From the NCBI GenBank assembly GCA_951406725.2, contig OX597842.1, positions 29,574,001 through 29,638,000 of the forward strand: a stretch of DNA of 64,000 nt, read 5' to 3'. The DNA comes from Octopus vulgaris (Eukaryota). Shown here one piece after another: positions 57,960 through 64,000 of the stretch; position 1 is the stretch's first letter; each line of letters opens with the position of its first letter. The notes beneath the pieces are model-generated. The model saw only the letters and a program-made list of their open reading frames with translations. It was not told the origin of the DNA and made no database searches. The position numbers and the translations under genes were made by a program.

Positions 57960-58191
57960 TATTTCTTTACTACCCACAAGGGGCTAAACACAGAGGGGAC
58001 AAACTAGGACAGACAAACGGATTAAGTCGATTATATCGACCCCAGTGCGTAACTGGTACTTAATTAATCGACCCCGAAAGGATGAAAGGCAAAGTCGACC
58101 TGGGCGGAATTTGAACTCAGAACGTAACGGCAGACGAAATACCGCTAAGCATTTCGCCCGGCCTGCTAACGTTTCTGCTAGCTCGCCGCCT
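57960..58191 (-). mobile_element. SINE family B with Deu/Nin-like core; related copies near 1320, 20100, 28350, 42010, 59440 and 62360
   Basis: GAGTTCAAATTCCGCC B-box-like motif followed by GTCGACTTTGCCTTTCATCCTTTCGGGGTCGAT...AAGTACCAGT. Confidence 0.7.
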
Positions 58192-58201
58192 TTATTCAAT
58201 A

Positions 58202-58632
58202 CTAGCAGCATAGCCCGGCGTTGCCCGGGTATGTAAGAACCACTAGTAGGCAACGACTAATCCCAATCTAGTCCTTTCCCTCTAGGGAACGAAGGCGCAT
58301 GTGTAGGTTGCAATGTCTTCTCTTCACTCGAATACTTCTGTGTATACGATGTTCCTAGCTGTCCCTTTGGGTGATAAAAAGGTCGAGTTGGGTCCCCTAG
58401 ACAGAAAATGTGTTGCATATAAAAAGCTTAGATTCTCGACCCCATGTCGAATTTATCGATTTTTTCAGAACTGGGAGAACTTTTCAAAATTTTCGCGGTG
58501 TTAGTTTTGAATTATGACATTGGGCTATGTGTGTGTCAAGTTTCATCAGAATCGGTTGAAAGCCGTGGTCAGGGTGAGGGTACAACCTGACAGACACACA
58601 GACAGACAAACTGCCGTTTATATAGAGAGAGA
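58202..58632 (-). mobile_element. Non-autonomous Helitron
   Basis: On - strand: A|TCTCTCTCTATATAAAC start, CCCGGGCAACGCCGGG hairpin, CTAG|T end. Confidence 0.8.
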
Positions 58633-59016
58633 TTCTACCAGAATACGAAGGTTAAAAGTGTTTAGTTACCTAGAAATTATGTTAAAAACTGCCGGTCAAA
58701 CTGAAAAGATTCATTTTCTGCCCCAGAGGACGAAAATTACTGTTTGTCAACAGACAACAGTTCAAATCACCGTACAGAAACCCAATGAAAATTATAAAAA
58801 AACCCATACATGGAGTTCAGAGATAATGTAGAACAATGTAGACAGACTGAGTCACAAGAAACCTTGCCAAGCATGTGGTCCTGAGCTCAATCCCACTGCA
58901 TGGCACCTCAAGTGTGTGCCTTCTACTTTGTCCTTGTTTTATCCAAAGGGTTCTCAGTGGAATTTCTAGGCGGAGACTTGTGAGTGGATTTCCTATTTGA
59001 CACACATTCAACATCT

Positions 59017-59414
59017 TCTTTTCCGTTTGAACGGCAGTTTTTTAACATAATTTCCACGTAACTAAACACTTTTAAACTTCGTATACTGGTAGAATGTGTT
59101 TATAAAATATAATTTTCTCTTGGCTTTATTGAGAAAATTCTATAGTTTGTAAGATATTTGTTGTTTTTTTTCAATTTCAACCAATCACTGACGTCTATTG
59201 AGGTAAAAAAAAAAACATTCTGTGCCGTATGAATATGTCCCTCGTTTAAGAAACAGATTGGGTTTGTTTATATTTGTGAAGAAAAAAAGATACCCTTCCC
59301 CCACCCCTAACCCTAAAACAGATTGAAATGCAATAGATCGATACTAGGGTCATAATTATGGGTAACAATTTCATATGACACCGCTAGAAAAAACTGCTGT
59401 TCAAACTGAAAAGA
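59017..59414. mobile_element. MITE
   Basis: TCTTTTCCGTTTGAACGGCAGTTTTT versus AAAAACTGCTGTTCAAACTGAAAAGA. Confidence 0.75.
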
Positions 59415-60239
59415 TCCTTCTTTTCTACTCTTGGCACAAGATTCGAAATTGATTAGGTTGACAGCATTAGGCAACTGGTACTTAATTCATCAATCCTTAG
59501 AGAATGGAAGTGAAAGTCGACTTCAGCAGAATTTCAACTCAGAATGGAAAGACAGACGAAATACCAAAAACAATTTCGCCCGGTGTGCTGAAGTTTCTGC
59601 CAGTGATTTGACACATTGTATGTATTCGTTGTAAAATAACCGACGCAACAAATATTTGCATATTTGTTCACAATACTTTGGAGGAGAATAAGAGGAGAAA
59701 TATGTTAGTCGCTGTTGTGCATGTCAAAGGACAAGCGCTTCACCTTGCTAAGAATACTTCCTACATCGTTTAATGTTTGTTTTCCATTCAGGCATATGTT
59801 GGATGCTTCAACCGGAGCTGACAAAGCCATGAGCTGCACCAGTTTCCCTTGTCTGATTTGGCTTTTCTACAGCAGAATGCATTTCCTAATGTCAACCCTT
59901 CTACAGAGTGCACTGGGTGTTATTTTTTCTTTTTTATGTGACAACAAAACCGACAGGGTCCCCAAGGACCTTGCAAGACAAAATAGCTCAAAACTGGCAG
60001 GGAGGAAGGTAGTATTGAAGGAACGTCACTTTGTGCCCGTTGACAGGTTTAAGGTAGAAAGGGAACAGGGTCCAGATATAGAGCAAAAAAAACAAGCAAA
60101 AAATAAATATTTTATTCATTATTCTTTATTAAGAAATTCCTATAACTGATGAAAGGAAAAAGCCTGCGTTTTAGCAGACCAATTAGTGTTAATTATTGTT
60201 ATGACTTAATCAATTTTGACATTGAGACAGTAACACGTC

Positions 60240-61578
60240 TCTGTGAATAGCCACATGTTTATGCATGTGGCTTTTTCGAGAGAATCATTTGCCACACATG
60301 TCACACTGACATGGCTACTCTCATGTAGGGATTCGTTCATGTAGATTCAAGATAGGTCTATGAGAGAATGCTTTAACACAGACACGACCATTACATAGGT
60401 TGTGTCTGGGATGAAGATTTTCGTGTGTAGTTACAACACCATTTGCAAAAAATGAATTACAACAACTAATGCAAGGTTATGGCTTCTCTACTCCATGTGT
60501 ATGCGTGTGTCTGTTCAACTGATGCCTTTGAGAAAATGACTCACCACAGATCTCACAATGACAAGGTTTCTCACCAATATGAAGGCGATTGTGATTAGTC
60601 AAGTGAGCGCTTTGAGAGAATGATTTACCACAGATATCACAATGATAAGGTTTCTCTCCTGTATGTGTAAGTTTGTGCCGAGTCAAATTACTATTACAAG
60701 GGAATAATACCACAGATATTACAATGATAGGGTTTCTCTCCTGTATGAATGCGATTATGAGTAACCAAATCTCTATTATGAGAGAATGATTTACCACAGA
60801 TCTCACAATGGTATGGCTTCTCACCAGTATGAATGCGATTGTGAGTAACCAAATTACTATTACGAGAGAATGATTTACCACAGATATCACAGCGATATGG
60901 TCTCTCTCCTGTATGAGTAAGTCTGTGCCTAGTCAAATGACTATTATGAGAGAATGATTTACCACAGATATCACAGTGATATGGTTTCTCTCCTGTATGT
61001 GTACGTATGTGATCAGTCAAGTTAGTGCTTACAGAGAATGATTTACCACAGATATCACAATGATATGGTTTCTCACCAGTATGAATGCGATTGTGAGTAA
61101 CCAAATTACTATTACGAGAGAATGATTTACCACAGATCTCACACTGATATGGCTTCTCTCCCGTATGTGTACATTTGTGTCTAACAATGTCACCACTGTA
61201 AGAAAATGATTTTCCACAGATATTACAGTGATATGGCTTTTTCTCTTTATCAAGGTTTTCTGATTCATTTAAATTATTCATTTCGAGAGAATTACTTATC
61301 ATACACTTCACAATGATAAAGTGTTTTTCATTTCCATGAATGCATTTCTGTTCACTTTTGTCACTTCATTCAGATAACAATTTAATGCAATGTTTCTTCC
61401 ATACATTCCAGAGAAAGAAAAATATTTCGCTGTTCCTTGTTATAGACTGTATTTATATACAGAGGTAGACTTATTCATGAATGCTCCTTATAAATATACT
61501 GTCTTCCTTTAGGTGATGAGAATATCAAAGACACTTCTGAATGGAGAGATTTCCTTCACGTCAACATGTTGTGATATT
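60240..61578 (-). pseudogene. C2H2 zinc-finger tandem-array gene, disrupted
   Basis: ORFs 60694-61311 and 60477-60890 give 9 fingers with TGEKPY-type linkers; 2-nt deletion in finger 7 near 60705; stop at 60477; further decayed finger downstream (CDMCGK*FSRKSHMHKHVAIH); candidate acceptor TTTCAG ending at 61579. Confidence 0.8.
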
Positions 61579-62494
61579 CTGAAATAGGAAAAGAAGCAGT
61601 AAGATAAAACTGGATAGTTGACCAACATAAGTAATTCAACATTGCAGATTTTATATCACTACCATTGTCATGCATTTACTGTCCATGCTTGCATAAGTAG
61701 ATTGAGTTGGAAGGTGTTAGAAGCTAATGGGCATGGAGCTAGCCAAAACGAAAATATAGTGGGCATAACATGACCAGAGTAGTGAGTTGATGCCATCCAG
61801 AATTTCGCAGAGCAAAGTTGTCACAAGTGAAATGGGCTGTTTATGAAGTGATCAGAGTTAATGATGAAGAAGCATTGTTACTCGTCTGCCGCCTTTCCGC
61901 TAACTAATTAAAACTCCCACTTCTCTTCATGGGCACTGAACTTCCCTCTGGGATCCATATGTGCCCACCCTGATGGGCTGGAGAATGTCATAGCAGAACA
62001 GTGCTATGGTGTCACAGCTAAAATAGCTTTCCTGACTTGCTACAATATTAAATACTGGCAGAATCACTAAGATGCCGGATTAATTGCTTAACAGCATTTC
62101 GTTCGTAAATAGCTTTGTCAAACTAGAGATAAAAGCAATCAGGAATGGGAGTGTGTCTGTGCATTGTTTATTTCTCTTCAATCAGGTACACACTGTGAGG
62201 GTGAGTACGATCGATCATTTGGGCATCCAGATGCCCCTCCCACCTAACCAGGAGTCCCTTATCTGAAGACCAGCTTGCTAGCTAGCCCACAGTGAAGGTC
62301 CCTCTTTATATTTCGTCTATCATGAGTTGGTGCCCGAAACGTCTTTCCTTTCAAAGTATAACTTCCACTGAGGTCGAATTTCATCCTTTCGAGGTAAATA
62401 AAATAAGCAGTAGAGCACTCGAGTCCCTGAAGTTAACTTGTCCCCTTCCTGCAAATTTCAGGTTTTGTACTTAAAAATACAAAAGAAAAAATTA

Positions 62495-62555
<61 letters not shown>

Positions 62556-62996
62556 CAACATTAATATTTTATAAACCCCAAAAAGTAGAGTCGGCTCATG
62601 GATCAAAATCCTGACTCCAAATACATCTTACAATTTCATGAGTCCTTCATTAAAAAAGGGACAACGGTAATTATTCTCCTTCCTCTCGCAGGGGTTATGA
62701 CCACTCACGGAAACGGCGACACATGTCTTTGGGAGCAGGGAGGATCTCCTCAGTAGAACCAATAGCTGCAAACCCTCTGAACACCTCACAGGTTGTGTCC
62801 GGGTAGAATGGATATAATTCGCCCCTACCCATCTATAGACAGAGATCTTCTTGTGGGGTGCTTGTAAAGACAAGAACATTGCATACGTTGGTGAGACATC
62901 TAGAAGCATTGCAGGGGGATGAAATAAAAATTAGAGGCAGCATGACCACATAACCAGTCATCCATACTCTACCAAAGGTACTATTCAAAAACAATG

Positions 62997-63335
62997 GTCC
63001 CGGTGCGCGCACTCGTGCTAGTCCGTCGTGACTGGTCGATCCTTCAACGACTACCTAGCGCGAGTATGCAAATTAACAGATGCGCACATAATAATATATG
63101 TATATAATGGCTGAATATATATCAAATAAAATGGGTTTTGTCTTAAACAAAGTAAATAAAAGACTCAACAAAAGAAATTACTTACTTTGTGTTTTATTTT
63201 CTTTGTTTAAAAATAAGTATTTGCTAAAAAAAAACCTCAAACATGTCTAGCGAATGCGAGTGTGATTTTTAGTCTTGCACTCGCGTTACGTAGTCTCTGT
63301 AAGATCGACTAGTCACGACTAGCTAACACCGGGAC
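62997..63335. mobile_element. MITE with imperfect TIRs
   Basis: GTCCCGGTG...GTCGTGACTGGTCGATC versus GATCGACTAGTCACGAC...CACCGGGAC. Confidence 0.7.
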
Positions 63336-63354
63336 GACGCTTGTAGAAAAGTAC

Positions 63355-63389
<35 letters not shown>

Positions 63390-63819
63390 GAAGTTTCGCA
63401 TGTCGTAGCTCAGATTTCCGTCGATTTCCGTAAAAAACTTTTATTTTTTTACATAAGTAATGAGAGCGAAAGAGACTAAGAGGAAGCGATTTTACGACGA
63501 GAAGGTTTCACTTTGAAGTCGGCCTGTGTGTGTTTGATGGGGTGTGGGAGACAGACAGTATGTTGTGTAAGTGAAGTGCTTCTGTTAGTGTGTGTGAAGA
63601 GACAGACATACATATACACATACACCGAGTAAAAAATTACTATGAATCGGCCATACATACATACATACACACACACACATACATAGATACATACACACAC
63701 ACACATACATACACACACACATACTTACACACACACACACACACACATAGATACATACACACACACACATACATGCAGACATACATATACACATACACCG
63801 AGTAAAAAATTACGATGAA

Positions 63820-64000
63820 CCGGCGTTTGGCGACGGACTTGGTAAACACCCACAAAGTTATCAACCACCTCACCAACAACAACACTGAACACCTTTTTGA
63901 TCTCCATGTGTCTAACACACGTGGACATGCCTACAAAGTCAGAAAACAATACAGCTCCCATGACTTTCGGAAACATTTTTTCACGCTCAGAGTTGCTGAA
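63820..64000 (+). mobile_element. CR1 LINE ORF2 C-terminal fragment, runs off the window
   Basis: Open frame RRLATDLVNTHKVI...NTRGHAYKVRK...RKHFFTLRVAE. Confidence 0.8.

Noticed and set aside
62628-62909. 93-aa ORF on the - strand
   Set aside because: No recognisable motif or splice context

Overview
AT-rich, microsatellite- and transposon-dense eukaryotic DNA. The repeat families, (CATA)n/(TA)n/(AAT)n tracts and a C2H2 zinc-finger array suggest an octopus or other coleoid cephalopod (inference). The main element is a + strand gene reconstructed by hand from 16 GT-AG exons with consistent phases (12261-35969, about 842 aa after repairing two 1-nt deletions). Its architecture is ankyrin repeats, a single-exon array of ~9.5 near-identical 102-bp ankyrin repeats, Mind-bomb-like ankyrins, a C3HC4 RING, six tandem 51-nt mini-exons and a C-terminal death domain. 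In the array the framework is nearly invariant at the DNA level, while the beta-turn and inner-helix target-binding residues vary and appear shuffled. This looks like a natural DARPin-like variable sensor coupled to an E3 ligase and a death domain, possibly an undescribed diversifying immune receptor. The mini-exons derive from a duplicated copy of the first death-domain exon. The window also holds several minimal type I hammerhead ribozyme motifs of Penelope-like type (one in a 519-bp inverted repeat), a frameshifted C2H2 zinc-finger gene, an R4/Dong-like LINE within (TAA)n, Tx1/L1, RTE and CR1 LINE remnants, a Gypsy LTR-gag remnant, a probable solo LTR, Helitron, mariner and piggyBac-type non-autonomous elements, and many tRNA-derived SINEs. 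Most short ORFs in the ORF track are microsatellite artefacts.
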